Below, piece after piece: positions 9,532 through 19,056 of a DNA stretch of 64,000 bases. Location of the stretch: contig DASSEP010000025.1 of NCBI GenBank assembly GCA_035695205.1, positions 38,062-102,061 of the forward strand, written 5' to 3'. Within the stretch, counting starts at the first letter, position 1; every line of letters begins with the position of its first letter. Position numbers and translations under genes: made by a program. The stretch is from Jatrophihabitans sp. (GTDB lineage Bacteria > Actinomycetota > Actinomycetes > Mycobacteriales > Jatrophihabitantaceae). The notes under the pieces are model-generated. The model worked only from the letters and a program-made list of their open reading frames with translations, made no database searches and was not told the DNA's origin.

Positions 9532-10718
9532 CCGACGCCGGCCAGCACGTCGAAGCCGATCCCCGCGTCCCGTAAGCGGTCGATCAACCGGTCGCCCATC
9601 GCGGTCATCGTGGTCACTTGCCCGGCCGTCGGGGCAAGGTCGTCGAAGGCGAGGCACAGCGCCGATTCGGCGATCATCTTCGCCGTCTCGTCGTAGCCCG
9701 GGTCGCCACCCGAGACCCGGGTGACAACCCGCTCGCCGCCGCCCTCGCCCACGAACGTCACGGTGAACCGGCTGCCCGCCCGCCGCCGCTCGGACGGTCC
9801 GGTGCCGGGGCGCAGCTGCGAGAGCAACGCCTCGCGGGCCGGCGGGATCTGCGCCAGGCCGGCTACCGCTGCGACACCGGCGACCGCGCCGACGGCGGCG
9901 TACGCCTGGCCGAGCGATGCGAAGTGCGAGTAGCGGAAATCAGGGCCGTACCGGTCGAGCTCGCGTGCCGACCCGACGACGATGCGCGGGTCGAGGGTCG
10001 GCAGCGGCACGGCCCATCTGCCGTCCACAAGATCTTTGTGCGGACGGCCGACGACGGCCCGCGCGCGCCGCGGCCCGGACGGCGGTTCGAGCGCTTTGCG
10101 GGCACGGGCGGCGGCGACGTTGGCACGGACGCGCGACATCGCGGTCAGCGCGGAGTAGAACGTGCCGCCGGACACCGCGGCCGCGGCACGCACATAGCCC
10201 GACACCGTCAGGGGCACACCCTCGGGCAGCTGCTGCACGGTGAACAAAGCCCCCGCGTCGTGGGGGATCGAGTCGAAGCCGGCGGCGTGCACTATGCGCG
10301 CGCCTGATTCCAGCGCGGTTCGGTGGTGCCGGACGTAGCAGGTGTCGACGAACTCCGGCTCGCCGGTCAGGTCGAGGTAGTCCGTGCCGGCGGCCGCGCA
10401 CGCTGCGACCAGCCCGTCCCCGTAGAGGACGTAAGGGCCGACCGTCGAGATGACCACCCGGGTGCTGTCTGCGAGTTCGCGCAGCGAGCCGAGGTCGCTG
10501 ACGTCGGCGCTCAGCAGCGGCAGGTCGGCGCAGGACGGCGTGATCGCGCTCAGGTCGGCGCGCACCGCTTCGAGCTTGTCGCGATTGCGCCCGGCGAGCG
10601 CCCATCGGCACGAGGCGGGCGCGTGCCGGGCGAGGTATTCGGCCGTCAGGCGCCCGACGAAGCCCGTGGCGCCGAAGACGGTGATGTCGAAGGGACGCGT
10701 ACCGGTGTTGGGGGCCAT
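9528..10718 (-). CDS. Saccharopine dehydrogenase-like NAD(P)-binding oxidoreductase
   Basis: VFGATGFVG, ALAGRN, STVGPY, YLDLTGE, GFDSIPHD, GDPGYDET. Confidence 0.88.
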   Translation of the reverse strand: MAPNTGTRPFDITVFGATGFVGRLTAEYLARHAPASCRWALAGRNRDKLEAVRADLSAITPSCADLPLLSADVSDLGSLRELADSTRVVISTVGPYVLYGDGLVAACAAAGTDYLDLTGEPEFVDTCYVRHHRTALESGARIVHAAGFDSIPHDAGALFTVQQLPEGVPLTVSGYVRAAAAVSGGTFYSALTAMSRVRANVAAARARKALEPPSGPRRARAVVGRPHKDLVDGRWAVPLPTLDPRIVVGSARELDRYGPDFRYSHFASLGQAYAAVGAVAGVAAVAGLAQIPPAREALLSQLRPGTGPSERRRAGSRFTVTFVGEGGGERVVTRVSGGDPGYDETAKMIAESALCLAFDDLAPTAGQVTTMTAMGDRLIDRLRDAGIGFDVLAGVG

Positions 10719-10733
10719 CCGAGGTTGCCGGCG

Positions 10734-10934
10734 CTAGGAGGTGACCATGGTTTTGCCGAGCCAACCGACGACGATCACGAAGGCGATGGTCGCTGCGAGG
10801 ATCACCAGTTCCTGCCGGTGCCGGCTGAGGCTGTCGCGCAATCCGGCGACGACGGTGCTTGCAAAATTGGTCGTGGTGGTCCTGCGCTCTTCGGCGGCAG
10901 CGGGTGCGTCAGCGACGGGCTGCGTGGTGGTCAT
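10734..10934 (-). CDS. Small protein (66 aa) with C-terminal transmembrane helix
   Basis: MTTTQPVAD...QELVILAATIAFVIVVGWLGK; fills the gap between genes; SigF/SigB-like promoter upstream. Confidence 0.6.
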   Translation of the reverse strand: MTTTQPVADAPAAAEERRTTTTNFASTVVAGLRDSLSRHRQELVILAATIAFVIVVGWLGKTMVTS

Positions 10935-10944
10935 GCCGGTAGCT

Positions 10945-10970
10945 TTGCCCTCCCCGATACAGATCAAAAC
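10945..10970 (-). promoter_or_regulatory. SigF/SigB-type promoter candidate
   Basis: Minus strand GTTT-N16-GGGCAA, 10 nt before the ATG at 10934. Confidence 0.45.
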
Positions 10971-11030
10971 AGGACGATCAGTCATTCCCCAGGGTGCTGC
11001 GGGCTCGGCAGCGAGTGCGAGGATCGCGCG

Positions 11031-11855
11031 GTGGAATACGACCCGACGCAGTACCTCGGCGCTGCTCGGTACTACCTGCGTGGCCGGCCCGGCTACTCGG
11101 CCGACCTGGCGACGGTGCTGGTCGACGAGCTGGGCCTGGACGGCACCGGGCACCTGGTCGATGTGGGCAGCGGGCCCGGGACGGTCGGCGTGCAACTGGC
11201 CCGGTCGTTCGACCGCGTCACGCTGGTGGAACCCGACCCGGACATGCTCGCCGAAGCGCGCTCGCACGCGGCAGCTGCGGGTTTGACTTCGGTCGACTTC
11301 GTCCGGGCGACCGCGGAAGACCTGCCGGACCTCGGCCTGCGCCCGGCGCGGGTGGTGACTTTCGGGCAGTCCTTCCACCGCACCGACCGGCTCGTCGTGG
11401 CCGAGGCCGTGCACCGGCTGCTCGAGCCGGGCGGCTCGCTGGTGCTGATCAGCCATGACCCGAGCCGGCCCGCGCCGCCGGCACCTGCCGGGACGGCGCG
11501 GATTCCGCACGAGCAGATCCGCGAGTTGATCACGAAGTTCCTGGACTCGGAGTTGCGCTCGGGCAGCCGGCTCGTCGCCGACTACAGCGTCGAGCGGTTC
11601 GAACAGACTCTGCGGCGAACCTCCTTCGGCACCACGCGCACGGTGTTCGCTCCAGGTCGCCCGGACATCGTCCGCGACACCGACGGTGTCATCGCCGGCT
11701 GCCTGTCCATGTCCTACGCAGCCCCACATCTGTTCGGGCCGCGCCTGGACGAGTTCGTCGCCGCGCTCCGCGAGCTGCTCGATCGCCACTCGCCGACCGG
11801 CCGATTCTGGGACTGGCCGGGCGACACCGAGATCCTGATCGCGACCCGACGCTGA
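11031..11855 (+). CDS. Class I SAM-dependent methyltransferase
   Basis: YYLRGRPGY, LVDVGSGPG, VEPDPDML, FGQSFH. Confidence 0.88.
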   Translation: MEYDPTQYLGAARYYLRGRPGYSADLATVLVDELGLDGTGHLVDVGSGPGTVGVQLARSFDRVTLVEPDPDMLAEARSHAAAAGLTSVDFVRATAEDLPDLGLRPARVVTFGQSFHRTDRLVVAEAVHRLLEPGGSLVLISHDPSRPAPPAPAGTARIPHEQIRELITKFLDSELRSGSRLVADYSVERFEQTLRRTSFGTTRTVFAPGRPDIVRDTDGVIAGCLSMSYAAPHLFGPRLDEFVAALRELLDRHSPTGRFWDWPGDTEILIATRR

Positions 11856-11873
11856 CCGCCGGGAGCCGCCGCT

Positions 11874-14030
11874 TTACGAGGCGGCGCGCTCCTGCGCCGA
11901 GCTGGCCAGCGCGTCGGTCAGCAGGGCAACCAGTGCCTCGTGCTGGACGTCCGCCGACGACCAGACCTCCTCGTCCGAACCGTCCAGGGCGCGTGCGGCG
12001 AGGCCTGCCTTGCGGTCGATCAGCTCGGCGATCCTGCTGTCGATGGTCTGCGCGGCGATGATCCGCCACGCGGTCACGGGTTCGGTCTGCCCGATGCGGT
12101 GGCTGCGGTCGATGGCCTGCGTCTGCTCGGCGTCGGTCCACGACAATTCGGCCAGCACGATGTTCGAGGCGACCTGCAGGTTGAGACCAACTCCGGCCGC
12201 GGTGAGTGAACATACGGCGATGGCGACGTCCGGGTCGTTGGCGAACGCGTCGATGTTGCGTTGACGCACCGTGGGCGTCTGGTCGCCGCGGATCGAGGAG
12301 TAGCGGATCCCGCGTTTGGCGAATGCGTCCTCAGCGGCGTCCATGACCTCGACGTGTTTGGCGAAGAAGACCACCTTGCCGACGCTGCGCGCCAGCTGTG
12401 CCGTGTAGTCGGCGGCGAGGTCGGCTTTGGCCCGTCCGATGCGTCGCATCATGCTGAACACGTTCTCGCCGGTCGCCGCTGCGTTCGCATCCTTCTGCTC
12501 CCAGGCGGCCACCTTGTGCACGAGGTCGTGATCGATCCCCTCGGTGACGTCGGCGCCGCGGGTCCGGCGGTTCGCCAGTGCCGCCTCGTAGCGCGCCACC
12601 AGCCGGCGCGCGAGGTCGCGCTCGGCCGCCCGGATCGAGCGCGCGATCTGCTCGTCGAGATCGACGGGCAGGTCGGCCGTACGACGGGCGGGGATGTCGG
12701 CGGCCACGTCGACCTTGCGGCGGCGGACGATGCCGAGGTCGATCACGCACTGGCGGGCTGCGGGGGAGAACCCCGGGTCTGCCGGGGTCAGGCCGACCGC
12801 CTCGAGGGAGTCCATCAGCTCCGCGCGCGGCTCGGTCTCGTCGATCCAGCCGAGGAACTGCCAGATGGCGAGGAAATCCTCGATGTCGTTGATCAGCGGC
12901 GTGCCGGTCAGGGCCATGAGCAAGGGACGCGTGGTGCGCGACCTGATGCGTTCGGAGAGTTCCAGCACGTGCCGCGAGCGCTGCGAGCTCTTGTTCTTGA
13001 TGAAGTGCGCCTCGTCCACGACCATGCCGCGGAAACCGAAGTTCCCGAGCCACCCGAGATGGCGGTCGAGCACCTCGTAGTTGACCACGACGATGTCGGC
13101 GAACCCGTCGACTGTGTCGCCGTTGCCGTGGACCACGGTGGCCGACCGCTTCGGTGTCCACAGGCCCGCCTCGCGAGCCCAGTTGATCTTGACGACGCTC
13201 GGGACGACGACCAGCAGCGGGTAAGCGTTCGCGACCTCCGCGGCGAGCAGCGCTTGGGCGGTCTTGCCGAGGCCCGGCTCGTCAGCGAGCAGGAAGGTCC
13301 GGTGACCGCCGGCGGCTGCGGCGACCAATTCCGCCTGGTGGCGCATCAATTGGCGCTCGTCGGGCAGCCGCAGCGATGCCGGTGCCGGCAGCGCCATGCT
13401 CGCCGGGGCGCCGCCGGATGCACGTTCGAACGAGCGCAGCAGTGGGCCCAGCAGTTCCCATCCGGCCAGGCGGCGGGGGCTGGCCGGGCCGGGCCGGGCC
13501 ATGGAGAAGTCGGGGGCGAGGAACTGGGTGGTGAGCTGTCGAGACACGACCGACGGCGGCACGACTCGACGCTCGGCGTCGCCCGCCGCGGCTGCGGGCT
13601 GCTCGGGCGCGGGCTGCTCGGGCGGCGGTTCGATACCTGCCGCTTTCAACATGTCCCGCTTGAGCGACCTGGCCGCGTCCGAGACGGAGGCGTGGTCGTC
13701 GAGGAGCGCGAGCAGCCCGGCGTCGCGCACCGCCGTCTTGGCCAGGATCGTCGCTATCCCGTCCAGGCGTTTCAGCTGCTCGGCCTGGTGGGTCTGGCTG
13801 CCGGCGCGCCCGTCCCGGATCCGGTCGCGTTCCTCGCGGACGAGCAGGGCGATCGCCTGGAACTTCGTGCGCACCGCAGGCGTCACCCGCCGACGCTCGG
13901 CAGCTGTTTCCACCTCGCGGACCGCGCGGGCCAGCACCGACATCACATCCGCGGGGCCGCGGGCGTCATCCCGGTGCTTGCGCGGAGCCGAACGGCGAGC
14001 GCCCGTCTGACGCCGGCCTGATCGAGCCAC
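11874..14030 (-). CDS. SNF2-like DEAH helicase/ATPase
   Basis: LADEPGLGKT, VVDEAHFIKN, LTGTP, AAGVGLNL, QAIDRSHRIGQ; GAGGAGGAG SD before GTG at 14030. Confidence 0.9.
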   Translation of the reverse strand: MARSGRRQTGARRSAPRKHRDDARGPADVMSVLARAVREVETAAERRRVTPAVRTKFQAIALLVREERDRIRDGRAGSQTHQAEQLKRLDGIATILAKTAVRDAGLLALLDDHASVSDAARSLKRDMLKAAGIEPPPEQPAPEQPAAAAGDAERRVVPPSVVSRQLTTQFLAPDFSMARPGPASPRRLAGWELLGPLLRSFERASGGAPASMALPAPASLRLPDERQLMRHQAELVAAAAGGHRTFLLADEPGLGKTAQALLAAEVANAYPLLVVVPSVVKINWAREAGLWTPKRSATVVHGNGDTVDGFADIVVVNYEVLDRHLGWLGNFGFRGMVVDEAHFIKNKSSQRSRHVLELSERIRSRTTRPLLMALTGTPLINDIEDFLAIWQFLGWIDETEPRAELMDSLEAVGLTPADPGFSPAARQCVIDLGIVRRRKVDVAADIPARRTADLPVDLDEQIARSIRAAERDLARRLVARYEAALANRRTRGADVTEGIDHDLVHKVAAWEQKDANAAATGENVFSMMRRIGRAKADLAADYTAQLARSVGKVVFFAKHVEVMDAAEDAFAKRGIRYSSIRGDQTPTVRQRNIDAFANDPDVAIAVCSLTAAGVGLNLQVASNIVLAELSWTDAEQTQAIDRSHRIGQTEPVTAWRIIAAQTIDSRIAELIDRKAGLAARALDGSDEEVWSSADVQHEALVALLTDALASSAQERAAS

Positions 14031-14422
14031 AAACTCCTCCTCTGCGCGCCGGGCACGGTGCCAGGCGTCGAACCCCTCCCGCACGGCACAGCGCAGGCGG
14101 ACGCTGCATGTTCGCCCCGAGCGGCTCGGGTCGCCGTCCCGAGGCACGCGGCGAACTGCGCGAGGGCGAAGCCGCGAGCCGGGAACCGACGCCGACGGGC
14201 GGGCATGCCCCGCCGCTTTTCGTCTGTGGGTCGGCAACCGCGTTTGGGTTTGTCGCCGGCCGAAAGGGTCCGCCCTCAGAAATGCAGTAACACCCATGTT
14301 AGCGCCGATCGGCGCCGCTTGTTCCCGCGGCGGCGGCCGGGACGCCAAGGGCGCTTCGGCCCTGGACTGCCTGGCCGGTGCCGTTCAGCGTGGGGAGGCC
14401 AAGAAACGGGAGGAGCGGTGCG

Positions 14423-15532
14423 ATGGGATTCAAGCGGGAGAACCTGACGTCCGGGGTTCGGGGCCGGCGTTGGCGGGTGTGCGTGCTGGCCGTTGTGGCC
14501 CTGTTCGGCGTTGCTGTTGCGCCGGCTTCGGCGATGGCGTCGGTGCCCGCGCCGCCACCCACCTCGCACGTCACTGTGCTGACCCGGAACCTGTACCTGG
14601 GCGCCGATCTCACGCCGCTGGTCACCGCGCAGACGCCCGCCGAGCTGTCGGCGGCGGTGCAGCAGATCCTCGCGGCGGTCGTGGCCTCGAACCCGCCGAA
14701 GCGGATGGGCTGGGTCGCCGACGAGATCGCTGCGCAGCACCCGGACGTCGTCGGCCTGCAAGAGGCGGCGCTGTGGCACATCCAGACGCCTGGCGGCGGG
14801 ACCCTGACCTATGACTTCGTGCAGCTGCTCCTGCAGGCACTTGCCGCCGACGGCCTGCACTACCGGGTGGCGGTGGAGCAGACGAACTTCGATTCGTCCG
14901 TGCAACTGCCCGGCGTCCCACTGGGCGGAAGCTTCGCCGACCACGACGCGATCCTGGTCAACGCGGACGCCCCGGCCTACCGGGCCAGGGTGCTCGACAC
15001 CGGCGCCGCGCACTACGCGAGCCAGCTGGCCTTCCCGACCCTGCTCGGCCCGATCAACTTCGACCGTGGCTACGTGTGGGCCGACGTGCGGACGTCCGGA
15101 CGCGTGTGGCGGCTGGTCGACACCCACTTCGAGGCGTATCCGGGCTTCGGTACGCAGCTGCACGACTACACCGCCGACCAGGCGGCGGAACTGGTGGCCG
15201 CGCTGCCTCAGAACCGGCCCACCGTCGTGCTCGGTGACCTGAACTCCCGGCCCGACAACCCCCTCGCACAGGGTTACACGGTGCTGCGCGCGAACGGCTT
15301 CGACGATGCCTGGTCGGCGTTGCACCCGTCGGATCCCGGCTTCACCTGCTGCCGCAACGACGACCTGTCCGGCGGCGCACTGAGCGAACGGGTGGACTAT
15401 GCCCTGTACCGAGGGTCGGTCACCCCGTTGGCGGCCGCGGTGGTCGGCGTCGACCCGCGCGCGGACACCGCGCCGCGCTGGCCGTCCGATCACGCCGGCG
15501 TGCTCGCCACCCTGGCGATCGGGGTGCGCTGA
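14423..15532 (+). CDS. Secreted endonuclease/exonuclease/phosphatase family protein
   Basis: Signal peptide; TRNLY, DVVGLQE, THFE, LGDLNS, RVDY, PSDHAGV. Confidence 0.88.
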   Translation: MGFKRENLTSGVRGRRWRVCVLAVVALFGVAVAPASAMASVPAPPPTSHVTVLTRNLYLGADLTPLVTAQTPAELSAAVQQILAAVVASNPPKRMGWVADEIAAQHPDVVGLQEAALWHIQTPGGGTLTYDFVQLLLQALAADGLHYRVAVEQTNFDSSVQLPGVPLGGSFADHDAILVNADAPAYRARVLDTGAAHYASQLAFPTLLGPINFDRGYVWADVRTSGRVWRLVDTHFEAYPGFGTQLHDYTADQAAELVAALPQNRPTVVLGDLNSRPDNPLAQGYTVLRANGFDDAWSALHPSDPGFTCCRNDDLSGGALSERVDYALYRGSVTPLAAAVVGVDPRADTAPRWPSDHAGVLATLAIGVR

Positions 15533-15582
15533 CGAATTGAGCCGTCGAATCCGTTGATCGTCACCCGGCGCATCGATAGGGG

Positions 15583-16239
15583 CTACCGGCCCGAGCTCAG
15601 CCGTCCCTTCGGATCGCGTACAGAGCGGGTTGCCGTGCAGAGGAACACGCCGAACTCGCGGCCGTCCTTGAGGATGGTCGTCGCGTCGACGAAGTGGACG
15701 TCGGCGAACCCGGCGCGGGCCAACCGCTCGGCAAGGGCTTGCCTGTCGAACCCGTGATGTCCGTCGAAGTCGACCTTGTCGGCGTGGAAGGCACCTTCGG
15801 GGTCCTCGTCGAGGTCGGCGATGCACAGCCGTCCACCGCTGACCAGCAGTCCCGCGACCGAGCGCAACAGTCCGTCCAGGTCCTGAACGTGGTGCAGCGC
15901 CATGGAACTCCAGACCACGTCGTAGGTCCCGTCGAGCCGGTCTGTCGTCAGGTCTACCTGCACGGCGCGCAGTCGGTCTTCGAGCCCGGCTGCCGCGATC
16001 CGCTCGCGTGCGACCTGCACCATTCCGGCGGAAGGGTCGGTCACGACGACGGAGCCGACCGAATCGGCGAGCAAGATGCTCAGCCGGCCAGTGCCGCCGC
16101 CGACGTCAACGGCGGCCATCCGTGGCGTGAGGTTCACGGCCTGCCTGATGGCCTGAGCGACCGCCACCTGCCGCTTCTCGTGGCCGGGGTCGTCGTCCCA
16201 CGTCGCTGCCTCGTCGTCGAATCGCCGGTGTTCGTGCAC
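15583..16239 (-). CDS. Class I SAM-dependent methyltransferase
   Basis: FDDEAATWD, VDVGGGTG, SSMALHH, HHGFD. Confidence 0.88.
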   Translation of the reverse strand: MHEHRRFDDEAATWDDDPGHEKRQVAVAQAIRQAVNLTPRMAAVDVGGGTGRLSILLADSVGSVVVTDPSAGMVQVARERIAAAGLEDRLRAVQVDLTTDRLDGTYDVVWSSMALHHVQDLDGLLRSVAGLLVSGGRLCIADLDEDPEGAFHADKVDFDGHHGFDRQALAERLARAGFADVHFVDATTILKDGREFGVFLCTATRSVRDPKGRLSSGR

Positions 16240-16299
16240 GAGCTGACCCTATGCCCGGCGCTGCCGCCGGAGGCCAGGTTTTTGTCGACTCGGTGCTCG

Positions 16300-17250
16300 C
16301 TAGCGACCTTCCCCGCGGTGGTGCTGTCGCAATTCTTCGTGCAGCGCCTGGGCCCGGGCGGCCGGGATGGTGCGGCCTTGCTCCACCAGTTCAGCGGGCA
16401 GCGGCTGCGCGGCCGGCATCAGCGCTATCCAGGGGTCCGCGTCGCGAAGCAGCGCGGGCACGGTGTGGAGCGTGAAGTCGGTTGGGGTGACATCGGCGAG
16501 ATCGGACCATGCGATGGGGAACGACACCGGCGTGCCCGGTCGCAGCCGTGGGCTGTACGCGGCAGCGACGCTCGCGCCGCCCGCCCGGGTGGAGTCGAGA
16601 AAGACCTTGCCGTCGCGATCGGCCTTGATGAACGCCGTCGTCGCGACGATCGGGTCCAGAGCCTCGGCACGCACCGCCAGCGCCCGTGTCGCCAGGGCGA
16701 CCTCCTGGGTGCTGGCACCCAGCACAGGCACGAAGACGTGCACCCCTTTGGATCCGCTGGTCTTCACGGCACCGGCCATACCGACCTCCGCCAGCGCGTG
16801 GCGAACCAACTCGGCTGCCGCGACGACCGAGCGAAAGTCGCCGCCGTCGGGCGGGTCCAGGTCCAGGACGAGATGGGTGGGGGCATCCGGTTCGATGACC
16901 CGGAACAGGGTGGGGTGGAATTCGATGGCGCGCTGATTCGCGAACCACAACAGGGTGCGCCGGTCGTTACAGAGGGCGTACGCGATCTCCCGCTTCGAGG
17001 CAGCCGACCAGACCGGCGTCGTGGCGACCCAGTCGGGCGTGTACTTCGGCACGTTCTTCTGCATGAAAGGCTGCTGGCCACGTAGGGCGCGAATGACCGA
17101 CAACGGCCGGTCCCTGAGCGCCCCGATCACCTGCTGATGCAGCGCATCGAGATACTCGACGAGGTCGCGCTTGGTCGCCTGAGCACCATCGAACAGCGGC
17201 TCGTCCAAGTTCGACAGGGCGACGCCGTCCCGGGATTCTTTCGTTGCCAC
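16300..17250 (-). CDS. Stand-alone LigD-type primase-polymerase (AEP)
   Basis: LSNLD, FMQKN, LVLDLDP, KTSGSKGVH, YSPR; no ligase or PE domain. Confidence 0.88.
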   Translation of the reverse strand: MATKESRDGVALSNLDEPLFDGAQATKRDLVEYLDALHQQVIGALRDRPLSVIRALRGQQPFMQKNVPKYTPDWVATTPVWSAASKREIAYALCNDRRTLLWFANQRAIEFHPTLFRVIEPDAPTHLVLDLDPPDGGDFRSVVAAAELVRHALAEVGMAGAVKTSGSKGVHVFVPVLGASTQEVALATRALAVRAEALDPIVATTAFIKADRDGKVFLDSTRAGGASVAAAYSPRLRPGTPVSFPIAWSDLADVTPTDFTLHTVPALLRDADPWIALMPAAQPLPAELVEQGRTIPAARAQALHEELRQHHRGEGR

Positions 17251-17310
17251 GAGACCATCCTCGCTCCCGGCCGGCACCCGCGACGACCCGTACGCCCTAC
17301 CCTTGCGGGC

Positions 17311-17631
17311 GTGAACCCTGACATCGAGCGTCTCTTGGCCGAGCGGGAGCAGAGCCTCGAGAACGAGCTGGCAGAGCTCACGAAGCCGGCCGGGGACCTC
17401 GGAGCGATTTCGTTCGGCAAGCGTGTCGGCGAGGGAACCTCGATGGCCGTAGACCGTCTTGCCGCGGTGTCGGCGCAGCAGCACCTGCTCGCAATGTTGG
17501 AGGAGGTGCGGCGGGCCCGGCGTCGTGTCGCCGAGGGCACCTACGGAACGTGCGAGGTGTGCGGAGAGCCGATCCCAGAAAGTCGGCTCGAGGTTCGGCC
17601 GTGGGCTGTGCGGTGCGTGCAGCACAGCTGA
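17311..17631 (+). CDS. TraR/DksA C4-type zinc-finger protein
   Basis: GTYGTCEVCGEPI..RLEVRPWAVRCVQH; TACCCT 7 nt before the GTG. Confidence 0.85.
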   Translation: MNPDIERLLAEREQSLENELAELTKPAGDLGAISFGKRVGEGTSMAVDRLAAVSAQQHLLAMLEEVRRARRRVAEGTYGTCEVCGEPIPESRLEVRPWAVRCVQHS

Positions 17632-17656
17632 CTCCGTGCCATGAGACCGAAGTGAG

Positions 17657-18025
17657 TCAGTCCCAGCAGAGGCAGAACGGGTGGCCGGCGGGATCGAGGT
17701 ATACCCGGAACGGATCGCCTGCCGTCTCGCCGGGCTGCACTGCGTGCTTCGTTGCTCCGAGTGCGAGCAGATGGGGCTCGACCGCGGTGACGTCGTCGAC
17801 GGTCAGGTCGAGGTGGAACTGTTGGGGCCGGTCACCGGTCGGCCACGTCGGAGGCGCGAAGTCGGCAGCCTGTTGGAACGCCAGTCGCAGCCCATCGACG
17901 GTCAGTACGACCCAGTCCTCCTCGGCGGCAGTGATCTCCCCGCCGACGACACCTCGGTAGAACTCGGCAAGCGAGCGAGGGTCCGGGCAATCCAGGACCA
18001 CCGATCGCGGTCGGGCCAGCGCCAT
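17657..18025 (-). CDS. VOC (glyoxalase/bleomycin resistance) family protein
   Basis: VVLDCPDP, LAFQQ, QQFHLDL, DPAGHPFCL. Confidence 0.9.
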   Translation of the reverse strand: MALARPRSVVLDCPDPRSLAEFYRGVVGGEITAAEEDWVVLTVDGLRLAFQQAADFAPPTWPTGDRPQQFHLDLTVDDVTAVEPHLLALGATKHAVQPGETAGDPFRVYLDPAGHPFCLCWD

Positions 18026-18137
18026 AGTCGGACAGTCTTCCACGCGCCGATGGTTGGATGCGCCGCGAGGCCGGCAAGAGGTTGTGCAACAGTCGCGTCC
18101 GGCCCGGCCGAAATGGGCTTCGGTAGTCGGCTCGACT

Positions 18138-18153
18138 GACTGACTGTTCAGTC
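18138..18153. promoter_or_regulatory. Palindromic operator copy 1 (putative TetR site)
   Basis: GACTGA-CTGT-TCAGTC upstream of tetR; recurs at 23551 and 25153. Confidence 0.7.
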
Positions 18154-18264
18154 TAGAAAGCTGCTAACCTCTCCGGCAAGAGGCGTGAGCGGGTGCGCCA
18201 CCGACCAGCGGGAGCAGCGGTAACGATCGAGGCAGACGGCTTCGCTGTTTGACGAGGATGGCGC

Positions 18265-18945
18265 ATGAAAGAGCGGGCTGGCAGCGCAGGCGGGATGGCG
18301 GGGCAGCGCCGTGCGCTGATGCTGCACGCAGCTCTTGAGCTCATCGTGAAGCGGGGGTATGCGGACACGAGGATCGCGGAGGTCGCGAAGCGAGCCGGCA
18401 CCAGCCAGGGCCTGGTCATTTATCACTTCAAGAGCCGCGAACGGCTGCTGACCCAGGCTTTGGAGTATGTCGAGGACCGCTGGTACGCGATCGCTACCCG
18501 CCGGATGGCGGCCATCGCCACCTCAGCCGGACGGCTGGAGGAGTTCATCGCGCTCATGTGTCTGCCCGAAGGCGGCGACGACGCGGAAGACTCGTGGCTC
18601 CTCTACCTCGATCTGTGGGCCCAGTCCGCGCGCAATCCGGCGGTCGCTGCGATCCGCCAGAAGATCGACGACCGCTCGCGGGAGACGATCCGGTCGCTTG
18701 TGCTGGCTGCGCAGGCCGCCGGCGAGTTCGCGGCCGTGGACGCCGACGACTTCGCGGTGACGTTGTCCGCCCTGCTCTGCGGGTTTGTCGTGCCGATAGC
18801 GCTGGAGGACCCCACTACGGAACCGAGCCGGGCCTTTGAGCTGTCGATGCAGTACGCGTCCGACAGGCTCGGTTTCCGCTGGGGCGGACGGCGCGCCGCC
18901 GAACGAGCGGGAGGTGGCGGTGGCCGGGCCGTCCAGCGCGCGTGA
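18265..18945 (+). CDS. TetR/AcrR family regulator (BetI-like C-terminus)
   Basis: HTH RGYADTRIAEVAKRAGTSQGLVIYHFKS. Confidence 0.92.
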   Translation: MKERAGSAGGMAGQRRALMLHAALELIVKRGYADTRIAEVAKRAGTSQGLVIYHFKSRERLLTQALEYVEDRWYAIATRRMAAIATSAGRLEEFIALMCLPEGGDDAEDSWLLYLDLWAQSARNPAVAAIRQKIDDRSRETIRSLVLAAQAAGEFAAVDADDFAVTLSALLCGFVVPIALEDPTTEPSRAFELSMQYASDRLGFRWGGRRAAERAGGGGGRAVQRA

Positions 18946-19056
18946 CATCCCTGGCGCCGGGGTGCGCGAGAGAATGCGGGTTGCGGATGCGCTCGGAACA
19001 ACGTGGCGTCGAGGTTGTGGACAGGTTGCGAACCAGGGTCTGAACGGAGGACTGCG

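Noticed and set aside
11874-17250. Helicase, nuclease, methyltransferases and primase-polymerase as an anti-phage system
   Set aside because: Mixed orientations; the EEP protein is secreted; the methyltransferases lack DNA-MTase motifs (no DPPY/NPPY or PC); no operon structure.
19016-19024. DnaA-box-like TGTGGACAG
   Set aside because: Single copy with a mismatch and no origin context.
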